64,000 nt of DNA, taken from NCBI GenBank assembly GCA_046566505.1, contig JBKHWN010000159.1:4618-68617 (forward strand). The letters are read 5' to 3'. Below are positions 17,186-24,883 of this stretch, piece by piece. The notes beneath the pieces are model-generated. The model worked only from the letters and a program-made list of their open reading frames with translations. It did not search any database and was not told the origin of the DNA. The stretch is from Gammaproteobacteria bacterium (GTDB lineage: Bacteria; Pseudomonadota; Gammaproteobacteria; Pseudomonadales; JADFDG01). Position numbers and translations under genes: made by a program. The stretch's first letter is position 1; the number at the start of each line of letters is the position of its first letter.

Positions 17186-17338
17186 TTAGCAGAGGCACCG
17201 GCACGGCGGCATGCCGCAGGTTCCGCAGACACTACGGTGAACGTCACCGCAGTATTCGCAGGTGTACGGGGAGCGTGGCTCCATGGTGAAGAGCTTGCCG
17301 CGGAGCGGGGTCTTGCCTTTGGCGAGGCGGATGAACAT
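17186..17338 (-). CDS. Small Cys-rich protein (50 aa), below the ORF-track cutoff
   Basis: Manual translation gives MFIRLAKGKTPLRGKLFTMEPRSPYTCEYCGDVHRSVCGTCGMPPCRCLC, with 8 Cys. GC3 bias is strong across all 50 codons. Divergent from the XRE gene. Confidence 0.45.
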   Translation of the reverse strand: MFIRLAKGKTPLRGKLFTMEPRSPYTCEYCGDVHRSVCGTCGMPPCRCLC

Positions 17339-17374
17339 GGCGTTTTCTTCCCTGGTGGATGTGGATGCGACTAA

Positions 17375-17407
17375 TGACCTCTATAAAGGTCACAATGTGC
17401 TTTATAG
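17375..17407. promoter_or_regulatory. Nested palindromes in the divergent promoter region (candidate XRE operator)
   Basis: TGACCT-ctataa-AGGTCA lies at 17375-17392. CTATAAAG (17381-17388) pairs with CTTTATAG (17400-17407). Located between the small Cys-rich ORF and the XRE gene. Confidence 0.35.
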
Positions 17408-17475
17408 GGCGTTTAGCGTACCCTCGCAAGACCTAACACTTTTCCAGACCCCAGTCCGGGGTCTGGGGGAGTGCC

Positions 17476-17724
17476 GTGGACATAACAGAGGCCTTTGGGC
17501 GTGCCGTCAAAGCGCGTCGTGCCGAGGTGGGGATCACCCAGGAAGACCTGGCTGACAAGGCCGAGGTAGCCCGGTCTTTCGTATCAGCCATGGAGCGGGG
17601 CGAGAAGGCCCCGACCATTCGGACGGTCTGGCGACTGGCATCAGCACTTCACTGCAAGCCCTCCGACCTCTGGCTCACCACTGAGCGCTTGGTCGACGAA
17701 GGCGCCCAGAAAAAGCGACGCTGA
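17476..17724 (+). CDS. XRE-family helix-turn-helix transcriptional regulator
   Basis: 82 aa. ITQEDLADKAEVARSFVSAMERGEKAPTIRTVWRLASAL is a classic Cro/C1 HTH. Confidence 0.85.
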   Translation: MDITEAFGRAVKARRAEVGITQEDLADKAEVARSFVSAMERGEKAPTIRTVWRLASALHCKPSDLWLTTERLVDEGAQKKRR

Positions 17725-17745
17725 CCGAGGGCCTGCCCGGCGCAG

Positions 17746-18135
17746 TCAGGCCTCCTCCTTGAAGAAGTCCGTCAGCAATGTGCGGATTATCGTTCTCGCC
17801 TTGTCGACCTCGGGCAATTGCCCGTCATTCAGAATCACGTGGTCCCCCAACAGGGCACCGAGTTCCGAGATGACCTCGTACTCGAATACCCCGGGGAAGC
17901 CCTGCGACGCATCTCGCCAGCGTGCCTCGACCTGCCGCCAGACTTCCGGCAGGTAGCTGCAGCACTGCCAGAGCAGTTCCAGGCAGCCCTGGTTCCACGC
18001 ATCCAGCACGCGCTGGGCGCGATCGGGCTGTCGGCTGGACACCATGACCCCCTCGAACAGGAACGCGCCCCAGACGGCTGCCAGGTCGGCGGGAATGGGT
18101 GTGTCGGCACTGGCCGGTACGGGAGCCCGGTTCAT
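17746..18135 (-). CDS. Hypothetical protein (third gene of an overlapping three-gene operon)
   Basis: I place the start at the ATG at 18135 (MNRAPVPASADT...), 8 nt downstream of a GGAGG. ATGA overlap with the upstream stop. The track's 197-aa N-terminal extension is Arg/Gly-rich and implausible. Confidence 0.5.
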   Translation of the reverse strand: MNRAPVPASADTPIPADLAAVWGAFLFEGVMVSSRQPDRAQRVLDAWNQGCLELLWQCCSYLPEVWRQVEARWRDASQGFPGVFEYEVISELGALLGDHVILNDGQLPEVDKARTIIRTLLTDFFKEEA

Positions 18136-18917
18136 GCCGCCACCTCCAGTGCTTTGCGCACCGACTGACGCCCCTCCGAGAACACCGTGGCGTTCGGATG
18201 GACGTAAGCCAGCAGCTGGAACCACCACGGTTCTTCCGTGAGCTGGCGATGCTGGTCGGCATGCCCGTTGTTGCCGCTGACGTGCACCTCCAAGCAGCGC
18301 TCGCAGGCGAGCATCTCGCACACCAGGTTCCGTTCCCACCGGTTGGTGTGGATGGTCAGGATGTGCAGGTGCGAGAGATCAAGCGCGTAGCGGACACCGG
18401 ATTCCAGCAAGGCCCGGTACTCGCCCCAGGACGACAGCGCCCAGTAGTCCCCGTGGGTCGGGTAGTGACCCTCGATTCCCACGGGAACGCCGAACAGGTC
18501 TTCCAGTTCGCGCGTGTAGCGGAAGATCTCCTGCAGGCTGGCCTCGTGCCGGCGTCCCGCGTGCGCCGTGTAGGCGGTCGCTTCCAGGGCCTGCGACACG
18601 CGCGCCAGTTCGCGGAAGTAGTCCTGCTCCTGTGGCCAGTCGCAGATGTCGGCCCATCGATGCATCCCGCGCACGCGCACGTTGGCGTGCAGGCGCCAGT
18701 GGATGTGCGGGAAGGCCTCGCGTACCTGTTGCGCCGTCTCGACCGTGAACAGGCCATGGTTCTGGGGGCAGATCTGCACGTGCTCCGTCGAGAGTCGGCC
18801 CCAAAGGGGTTCCTCCGGCGGGGTCACGAGCATCTCGGCGATGGCGATCAGGTGCGGGGTGCGACCGTAGGCCCCGAGCGATACGTGGATGGGTGGCCGA
18901 CTACAGGGAGTGCTCAT
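18132..18917 (-). CDS. Xylose-isomerase-like / DUF692-like TIM-barrel protein (putative metal-dependent enzyme)
   Basis: The ATG at 18917 follows a GGAGA Shine-Dalgarno. An ordered pattern of His/Glu/Asp-containing strands parallels the DUF692 protein at 57438-58292. Pairs: RLHANVRV vs LLHGLSLS; AYTAHAG vs TYSEHLS; VGIEGHY vs IAMENVSY; ALDLSHLHI vs LLDVNNVYV; LEVHVSGNNGHADQH vs [18 protein letters not shown]. Confidence 0.5.
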   Translation of the reverse strand: MSTPCSRPPIHVSLGAYGRTPHLIAIAEMLVTPPEEPLWGRLSTEHVQICPQNHGLFTVETAQQVREAFPHIHWRLHANVRVRGMHRWADICDWPQEQDYFRELARVSQALEATAYTAHAGRRHEASLQEIFRYTRELEDLFGVPVGIEGHYPTHGDYWALSSWGEYRALLESGVRYALDLSHLHILTIHTNRWERNLVCEMLACERCLEVHVSGNNGHADQHRQLTEEPWWFQLLAYVHPNATVFSEGRQSVRKALEVAA

Positions 18918-19338
18918 AGCTGGTGCTCTCCGTGTAGTAGGCCGTGTGCTCAAGGTGGATTGCGTCGTCGGGGACGTTGATGGTCACCGTGCCGCAGGCG
19001 CCGTCATCGTTCTCCCAGCCGCCATACAGCGCATCGACCCAGCGCATGGCGAAGTCGCGCACCGCTTCGTCCAGCGCCAATTCGGTCTCGCGCATGGAGC
19101 AGGCGCGCTGGCCGTAGCCGAGGTACTGCACATCGACCACGTGTTGCTTGACCTTGATCGCGCTGAGCCCGTCCAGAACCTCGGGCGGCTGAACTGCCAG
19201 ATCGCAGGTGTCGCCGGAATCACCGGCGCCGGCGTAATCGACCTTGGCCGTGATGACGCCCTGTTCCGTCAGGGCCTGGATCAGAAGAGCGCGGTTCTTC
19301 TCTTGCGCCTGCGTGGCAAGCGCCTGGTAATCGGACAT
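18901..19338 (-). CDS. Conserved ICE-associated hypothetical protein (possibly DUF6878-like)
   Basis: Start at the ATG at 19338 (MSDYQALATQAQEKNRALLIQALTEQGV...). 145 aa, acidic. Lies next to a DUF932 gene, as in many integrative elements. Family assignment is from memory only. Confidence 0.45.
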   Translation of the reverse strand: MSDYQALATQAQEKNRALLIQALTEQGVITAKVDYAGAGDSGDTCDLAVQPPEVLDGLSAIKVKQHVVDVQYLGYGQRACSMRETELALDEAVRDFAMRWVDALYGGWENDDGACGTVTINVPDDAIHLEHTAYYTESTSYEHSL

Positions 19339-19437
19339 GGGAATCTCTTGCGCCAGTGAGGGCGAATCAGGTATCGGGGCCACAACGCAAAAGCCCGGCG
19401 CGAGGCCGGGCTTCTGTGCCGTGGGGTGGTGGTGTGC

Positions 19438-20397
19438 TCAGGAGACCAGCGCGAGCGCCTGGTCGAGCGCCTTCTGCTTCAGCGCGGCGCCGTTGCCGAA
19501 CCAGGCCGAGTCCAGCCGGTAGTCGGTGTTGCGCGCCCGGCGCTCGTGGTCGACGAACTCCGTCACGGCGTTGAGCAGGCCGTAGGCCGTGTTCTTCGAT
19601 GACGCCAGCTCCGAGCCGCGGCCCTGCCCGTTGTAGAGCTCCAGCGTGCGCTTCATCAGCCGCTCGCTGGTCTGCACCGGACCAGGCTTGTTCTCGTCGG
19701 CAAACAGCTTCCAGAAAAAGTGTTCGGCCTCGGTCGACTGGACCTTCCGCTGGCTGAGTGCCTTCAACTGGTACATGAACCGGTCCCAACTCGAGACGCA
19801 GATCCCCAGCTGCCGTTTCACCGCCTGCGGATCGAACGTGGTGGAGTGGGGGACCTTCACCGCGCTGGGGCTGCCGTCCAGGGCGACGGTCAGGGTGTTG
19901 TTGCAGACCACCCGGATCATCGTGAATTGCGCCGTGGTGGCCAGCGTGCCATCGCAGGCCGTGGCCAGCAGCACATAGCCGTTGCTGACGTCATTGCCCT
20001 TGAACACGGTGGACTGCCCGGTGCGGGCCAGCGCCCACACCTTGCGGCCACCCTTGAGCACACCGGCGGTCTCCAGCTCGAAGCCGGAGATCTCGGTGAG
20101 GTCGCGATAGAACTCCAGCACCTCGCGCGGCTGTACGACGCGGAAGCGCTGGCTGACGACTGAGAGCGGGGCCTCGGTGTCCGAGCGATAGAGAACCTTG
20201 TGGTCCTCGAAGGTCTTGATACTGCGCAGGTGCTGGGCGCCGCCGGTCATGAAGCTGACCGGGGCTTCCTTGATGGTCCAGTCCATCCCGGCCTGTTTGG
20301 CCCAGGTCTCGATGGACTGGCGCGGCGCGAGCGGGTTGCCCAGCCCGTGCCACGGGGTCTGGCCGACGTAGGCCATGGTTTCAACAAGATGAGCCAT
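19438..20397 (-). CDS. DUF932 (phage/plasmid-like) domain protein
   Basis: 319 aa. MAHLVETMAYVGQTPWHGLGNPL...WTIKEAPV is the characteristic DUF932/DUF945 N-terminus. Confidence 0.85.
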   Translation of the reverse strand: MAHLVETMAYVGQTPWHGLGNPLAPRQSIETWAKQAGMDWTIKEAPVSFMTGGAQHLRSIKTFEDHKVLYRSDTEAPLSVVSQRFRVVQPREVLEFYRDLTEISGFELETAGVLKGGRKVWALARTGQSTVFKGNDVSNGYVLLATACDGTLATTAQFTMIRVVCNNTLTVALDGSPSAVKVPHSTTFDPQAVKRQLGICVSSWDRFMYQLKALSQRKVQSTEAEHFFWKLFADENKPGPVQTSERLMKRTLELYNGQGRGSELASSKNTAYGLLNAVTEFVDHERRARNTDYRLDSAWFGNGAALKQKALDQALALVS

Positions 20398-20505
20398 GAG
20401 GGCTTCCTCCTGAAAAGGGCATAGCAGCCCGCACCCTTCGGGGTGGGGCCAGTGTGGGTGTGAAGTGCGACAGGGGTTGTCGTCCTTGCGACGACGGGGA
20501 GGGCG

Positions 20506-21000
20506 TCAGAGCAGGCCGCGTTCAGCGAAGCTCACGTAGCTGTTCCGGGACACGACGAAGTGGTCGAGGACCCGGACGTCGATGAGGGCGAGGGCATCGG
20601 TCAGCCGGCGGGTGATCTGCCGGTCAGCCATTGATGGCTCGCACTCGCCGCTGGGGTGGTTGTGGGCAAAGATCACGGCGCCGGCATTGAACTCCAGCGC
20701 CTTCTGGACGACGACGCGGGGATAGACCGAGGCGCCGTCCACCGTGCCAGTGAACAGGGTCTCGAAGCGGAGCAGGTGGTGTTGGGTCGACAGGAAGAGG
20801 GCGGCGAAGTGCTCGTTCTTCTCCTGAGCCAGAGCGAGCTGGACGAAGCGGGCGGCATTGGCCGGATTGGACATGACCTCCTTGCCGGCGAGGTCGTCGA
20901 GCAGGATGTCGGCTGCGACCCGGACCAGTTCCTCCGGCCGGAAGTAACCGCGCACCCGGTACAGGCCCTGCTCGTTCTTGATGAACTGTGGCTTGGACAT
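20506..21000 (-). CDS. radC: RadC-like JAB/MPN domain protein
   Basis: JAMM motif in VIFAHNHPSGECEPSMADRQIT. Start at the ATG at 21000 (MSKPQFIKNEQGLY); the track extension is unlikely. Confidence 0.9.
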   Translation of the reverse strand: MSKPQFIKNEQGLYRVRGYFRPEELVRVAADILLDDLAGKEVMSNPANAARFVQLALAQEKNEHFAALFLSTQHHLLRFETLFTGTVDGASVYPRVVVQKALEFNAGAVIFAHNHPSGECEPSMADRQITRRLTDALALIDVRVLDHFVVSRNSYVSFAERGLL

Positions 21001-21059
21001 GCTGGACTCCAGAAACGCGAAGGCCCGCACGCGGCGGGCCTGGATGCTTAGGTCAGGGG

Positions 21060-21392
21060 TCAACCGCGCCGGCGGTTGAAGGTGTGGCCGCACTCTTGGC
21101 ACTGGTAGTTGTCGAGGATGTTCTCGTCGACGAAATCGCCAAGTGCGGCACCGGCGGCACCGCCGGTGACACCGCCCACCAGACCGCCGAGGACGGCACC
21201 GGCAATCGAGCCGATGGCAATGCCCGCGGGACCGCCGACGACGCCGAGGGCGGCGCCCGCCTGGGCACCGCGACTGGCCGCCATGGCACCGCTGGCCGCA
21301 CCGGCCATGGTGCCGAGGCCAGAGCCGACGCGCCGGCCGTTATGGATCGTGCTGATGAGCCCGGATTCGCATCGCGGGCATTGAATGGACAT
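21060..21392 (-). CDS. Zinc-ribbon / glycine-zipper small protein
   Basis: CPRC near the N-terminus and CQEC near the C-terminus flank a long Gly/Ala zipper (GAAGAALG...). Confidence 0.55.
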   Translation of the reverse strand: MSIQCPRCESGLISTIHNGRRVGSGLGTMAGAASGAMAASRGAQAGAALGVVGGPAGIAIGSIAGAVLGGLVGGVTGGAAGAALGDFVDENILDNYQCQECGHTFNRRRG

Positions 21393-21429
21393 GGGAAGTC
21401 TCCTGGGAATGGGCTGCGGGATGGCAGAA

Positions 21430-21470
21430 CAAAAACGCCCCGGGGTCGCTGGCGCGAAACCCGGGGCGTT
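21430..21470 (-). terminator. Rho-independent terminator
   Basis: AACGCCCCGGG (21434-21444) pairs with CCCGGGGCGTT (21460-21470), an 11-bp stem. On the minus strand it is followed by TTTTTG. Confidence 0.6.
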
Positions 21471-21664
21471 GTCAGGAGGGTGATATGTATCTGAGAAAAA
21501 TTGGGCTCCACTTCGACGCGCTACACATTTCCCAGGCGCTACAGGCCAAAGTAGTAGCCCGCCCGACGCGTGAGTTCATCTTCGTCCCTGCCTTGCAGGT
21601 AATTCTCTGCGGTGGGGCCGAGAGCAACTCTCCAACGGCGTATCCCGATATGTAGGAATGCTCC

Positions 21665-21883
21665 TCAGCGGTTGAGGGATCTGGCATTGATCCGCAGCCC
21701 TTCGCTCATCAGTTCGGCCGCCGTCAGGGTTCCGTTGGCGTACAGGTCGAGCAATTGGCGGACCTCGGTTGGCACAACAAGACCCTCCATCGCGGCAGAT
21801 GCGATGGCTGCCTTGGCGTCCAGGCGGCGGAACTGTTCGTTGCGCGCTGGATCATTAGTCGGGAGGGTGAGGGCTTGGTACAT
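21665..21883 (-). CDS. VbhA-like antitoxin (Fic inhibitory-helix family), apparently orphan
   Basis: 72 aa. ASAAMEGL matches the (S/T)xxxE(G/N) inhibitory motif of VbhA/FicA-type antitoxins. Confidence 0.6.
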   Translation of the reverse strand: MYQALTLPTNDPARNEQFRRLDAKAAIASAAMEGLVVPTEVRQLLDLYANGTLTAAELMSEGLRINARSLNR

Positions 21884-21999
21884 ACCTCGTTGAATTCTAT
21901 AAAGATGACAGGGTTGGGCAAAGTCCTATCGATAGCGCATTGCGCTGGATGCCGCGAGACATGGATGGTTCTCTGTCGGACCGATGTCGCCGGCACTTT

Positions 22000-23349
22000 C
22001 TACCCAGACTCTCCATTCCGCGTGGTTGCACCTGACTGCTTCGCAGTCATCAGTGTGTACAGTAGCTCAAGCGCCTGCCGCTTTTCGGCAGCGTAGTCGT
22101 GCATGTTGTAGTGCTTGTGCTGTACCCCATGCAGCCCATGCGACTGCAGGTGGGCGCGGATCTCGCCGTTGATTCCCGCCGCGGCCAGGCGGGTTTCTAC
22201 GGTGCGCCTCAGATCGCCAGGCGTGAACGGCTCCCGCGCCTCCCCCGCGCCCACCATTTCCGCGACGACCGACTGGAGGGCATGACGGAACGTCGTGTGC
22301 GTGACAGGCTTTTCACCCATGGTCAGGGTTAGCAGGTAAGGCCCCGTGGCCGGCGCGCCCATCTGTTCAAGCGCTTCCTTTGCTTCCGGCAGCAGCGGGA
22401 CCAGGTGTCGCCGTGCCTCCGTGCGTCGCCCCTTGCTGTCGCTGATCACAGCAGCATCCCCGTCGAGATCGCGAACGGTCAAACGGACTAGTTGCTGAAT
22501 GCGCTGGCCTCCAGTCAGTAAATGGAAGCGGAGCAGGGCGCCCTCAGGTCCCTGCATGACCTGGATGCGACGCCAGTACGCCTGCAGTTCCGCAAGATCC
22601 AGAACGCGTGAGCGCGCCTTGCTGGCACCTTCAATCGTCGGCACATCCCGCAGGGGGTTGTGCCGGATACCAAACTTTCTCAGGCCGACTGCGGCGCCTG
22701 ACGATCGGGCTCGGATGGCAGCCGAGAATGCTGCCCGCAGGTAGGAGCGGACCTTGGCCGCTTCGCGCAGCTTGCCGGCTTCGGTAATCAGATCCAGCAC
22801 GGGGGCGATGCTGTCGTCATCAACCCGATCTGCCGGCAGCTTCCAGATTTTCGGGAAAGCATCCCGGATGTGGCGATGGATCGAAGTTTCCACCGCCCGC
22901 GCGCTCGGTTTCTGCAGGTGCTTGAGGTGGGCCACATAGGCCTCGAGGAGGGCGCCCAGCGTCTGCTCCTGGGCTCGCCGGGCGACTTCCGCCTCCTGCT
23001 CCTTTTTGCGCTGGCTCTCCCGGACGGCTTCTGCCTGCTGTTCCTTGCGCATCTGGATGGCCGCACGCAGGTCGGTTTCGCCGGCCTGGTAGCGGCTGCG
23101 CAGTTCGTTGGCCTTCTGGCGGGCGCCGGCCAGTGTCAATTGCAGTTCGCCGTCGTTGGTTTCGGACCACTCGCCGATGGGAAGCTGGACACGCTTGCCG
23201 TCGGAACCGGTGTAGCGGAAATAAAAGATGACCCGGCCGCTCTGGTTGCGACGGGCATAGAGCTGGCCGGCGCCTCGGGGGTCACCGTCAGAAAGCCACT
23301 TGAGCGGCTTGGCAGTTTCCAACTGCTTTACTCGGATAAGATTGCCCAC
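22000..23349 (-). CDS. int: Tyrosine-type site-specific integrase (P4-like, DUF4102-type N-terminus)
   Basis: 449 aa. N-terminus ...LSDGDPRGAGQLYARRNQSGRVIFYFRY. C-terminal catalytic region contains ...HDLRRT-like GDLRRTVETRL and HGLHGVQHKHY. Adjacent to a tRNA-like att site. Confidence 0.9.
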   Translation of the reverse strand: MGNLIRVKQLETAKPLKWLSDGDPRGAGQLYARRNQSGRVIFYFRYTGSDGKRVQLPIGEWSETNDGELQLTLAGARQKANELRSRYQAGETDLRAAIQMRKEQQAEAVRESQRKKEQEAEVARRAQEQTLGALLEAYVAHLKHLQKPSARAVETSIHRHIRDAFPKIWKLPADRVDDDSIAPVLDLITEAGKLREAAKVRSYLRAAFSAAIRARSSGAAVGLRKFGIRHNPLRDVPTIEGASKARSRVLDLAELQAYWRRIQVMQGPEGALLRFHLLTGGQRIQQLVRLTVRDLDGDAAVISDSKGRRTEARRHLVPLLPEAKEALEQMGAPATGPYLLTLTMGEKPVTHTTFRHALQSVVAEMVGAGEAREPFTPGDLRRTVETRLAAAGINGEIRAHLQSHGLHGVQHKHYNMHDYAAEKRQALELLYTLMTAKQSGATTRNGESG

Positions 23350-23372
23350 GAGCGCCCCTCAAGTCCCCCGCA

Positions 23373-23415
23373 ACGGAGACGGAGTCTACCATTTCCGTCT
23401 CCGTTCCGTCTCCGT
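23373..23415. repeat. Inverted plus tandem 11-mers upstream of int (candidate integrase/Xis arm sites)
   Basis: ACGGAGACGGA (23373-23383) is the reverse complement of TCCGTCTCCGT. That 11-mer occurs twice in tandem at 23394-23404 and 23405-23415. Confidence 0.6.
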
Positions 23416-23501
23416 TAGGCGCTGGTTTCAGGCGTGACGCGACGGAAGACTGCGGACAGTAAAATGAATAACCTATTGATAATGCTAGGACGCTATTTCC
23501 G

Positions 23502-23587
23502 TGGCGGACGGTGGCGGAAAGATTGCAAGGGACTTAAAATCCCTCGACCGCAAGGTCATGCCGGTTCGATTCCGGCTCCGGGCACCA
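23502..23587 (+). tRNA. tRNA-Leu(UAA)-like sequence with a defective 5' third; probable displaced 3' tRNA fragment or att site
   Basis: Canonical features run from the anticodon arm onward. They are AGGGA-CTTAAAA-TCCCT (anticodon TAA at 23535-23537), a long variable arm, T-arm GCCGG-TTCGATT-CCGGC, and 3' acceptor TCCGGGC-A-CCA. The 5' strand TGGCGGA pairs at only 4 of 7 positions. Positions 8 and 14 are C, not U and A. A direct repeat GTGGCGGA x2 (23501-23518) lies at the junction. Confidence 0.55.
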
Positions 23588-23834
23588 TCTCGCGCTCATC
23601 TTTTCATCTCTTTTGCGACCCCTCGTCGCGGAATCGGTCTTTTCCGTTGTCATACAGCGGCGCCGGGTCTTCGGGCGCGTGGCCTGCGTGTCGCCCGGAC
23701 CACATACGATTCTTTATACAGGACTTGTGCAAAGGGATGTAATTGCATAAGATTGATTCTCATGCTTGCCCTGCTGATCGCCTTGTGTCGGGCGGGGCAA
23801 GGCATGGCGCAGAGCACCCCGAAGGAGACGACCC

Positions 23835-24320
23835 ATGGTTCCGATCAGTGAAATCAGCAGCCCGTGCCGTGACGACGAGTCGCTCGCACAATTCCCGGCG
23901 AGCCCCGCTGTCGAGATGTTCCGTGCCAATGTGCAGGCGGTGCTGGGTGGGCGCGTGGTGGCGCGCAGTGAGCGAGGCGTCCGGTTGCTGCAGCGCGGCC
24001 GACTGCCGATGTTCTTCCTGCCGCCGTCGTCGCTGATCATGCGTCACGTCCGGGCATCCGACACCCTGCGACTCGACGACATAGGCCTCGCCGTGCACCT
24101 GAGCCTGTTCAGCGGCGCCCATGTCGCCCGGGACGGTGCCTGGTATTACCCGGGACCGGATCCGGACCTGGCAATCATCGCCGGCATGGTCTGTCTGGAT
24201 CCGTCGCGCTTTGACGCAGTCCTGCTCGACGGGCACCGGGTAAGCGGCGGCGAGCAGCCCGGAACCTGGGTAACGCCGAACCTGCGCGGATACGTCATGC
24301 ACAGCAAGGGCGTGGCCTGA
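23835..24320 (+). CDS. DUF427-like protein
   Basis: 161 aa, with GGAGA 6 nt upstream of the ATG. ...ARSERGVRLLQRGRLPMFFLPPSSL... and ...GAWYYPGPDP... resemble DUF427 repeats. Family assignment is from memory. Confidence 0.5.
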   Translation: MVPISEISSPCRDDESLAQFPASPAVEMFRANVQAVLGGRVVARSERGVRLLQRGRLPMFFLPPSSLIMRHVRASDTLRLDDIGLAVHLSLFSGAHVARDGAWYYPGPDPDLAIIAGMVCLDPSRFDAVLLDGHRVSGGEQPGTWVTPNLRGYVMHSKGVA

Positions 24321-24382
24321 TAACGGCGGATACCGCGCCGGACAACCCTGGTTCCCCGGAACATCAGGAAGGAAAGACCCTC

Positions 24383-24835
24383 TTGGAGAAGACGGCAGCG
24401 GCACTGGGCAACACCGGCGTGCTGCCGTTGCTGTTGGCGGCAGTCGGCATCTGGCTGTTCGATGCTTCCGCCGTCGAGTGGATGCTCCATTTTTTCCGTG
24501 TCTGGAGCGCCGTGCTCCTCACGTTCCTGGGCGCGCTGTGGTGGGGCATCTTGCTCGCGAACCCGGGGAACACCGCAGAACGGCGACAGGGCGGCATGTT
24601 GGTGATGGGCGCGATGCCGGCGGTGGCCGCCGCGATCTCCTTGTTGATGCCACCGCCGGGCGGACTGCTGGTCGCCGCTGGCGGGTTTGTCCTGTTCCGC
24701 TGGCTGGAAAAAATCCCCTCACATCGAGATCTTTACCCTTCCTGGTTCGATCCATTGCGCGCCCGGCTGTCCTGGATGGTGGTGGTGTGCCACGTCTCGA
24801 TGATCACCTGGGTCGTCAACGGCCAGCACGCGTGA
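24383..24835 (+). CDS. DUF3429-like integral membrane protein
   Basis: 150 aa, about four hydrophobic helices. TTG start preceded by AGGAAGGAAAG. Confidence 0.5.
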   Translation: MEKTAAALGNTGVLPLLLAAVGIWLFDASAVEWMLHFFRVWSAVLLTFLGALWWGILLANPGNTAERRQGGMLVMGAMPAVAAAISLLMPPPGGLLVAAGGFVLFRWLEKIPSHRDLYPSWFDPLRARLSWMVVVCHVSMITWVVNGQHA

Positions 24836-24883
24836 ATCAGGCAGCAAGTCCTTCCGCTGCCTGACGGCTTGTACAGGACGTGT

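Larger units (their letters stand above)
1..23526. mobile_element. Integrative genomic island (right-hand part; left end lies outside the window) carrying defence cargo and ICE-like maintenance genes
   Basis: Tyrosine integrase at the right end faces a tRNA-Leu-like att remnant, next to an AT-rich junction (23430-23500). Contains DUF932, RadC, YqaJ, XRE and VbhA genes typical of integrative elements. Wadjet, type I R-M and NTase/2TM cargo. Patches (about 7400-9900) are visibly more AT-rich than the flanking DNA. Confidence 0.6.

Noticed and set aside
21472-21687. 71-aa ORF downstream of the VbhA-like gene as the cognate Fic toxin
   Set aside because: It is too short, has no Fic active-site motif, and has atypical composition. 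It overlaps the antitoxin stop out of any sensible coupling. It is more likely non-coding or decayed sequence.
23502-23587. Calling this an intact, functional tRNA-Leu gene
   Set aside because: The 5' acceptor strand pairs at only 4 of 7 positions with the 3' strand. U8 and A14 are both replaced by C. No GCCCGGA-type 5' strand exists within 120 bp upstream. It is therefore reported as a tRNA-like att remnant.
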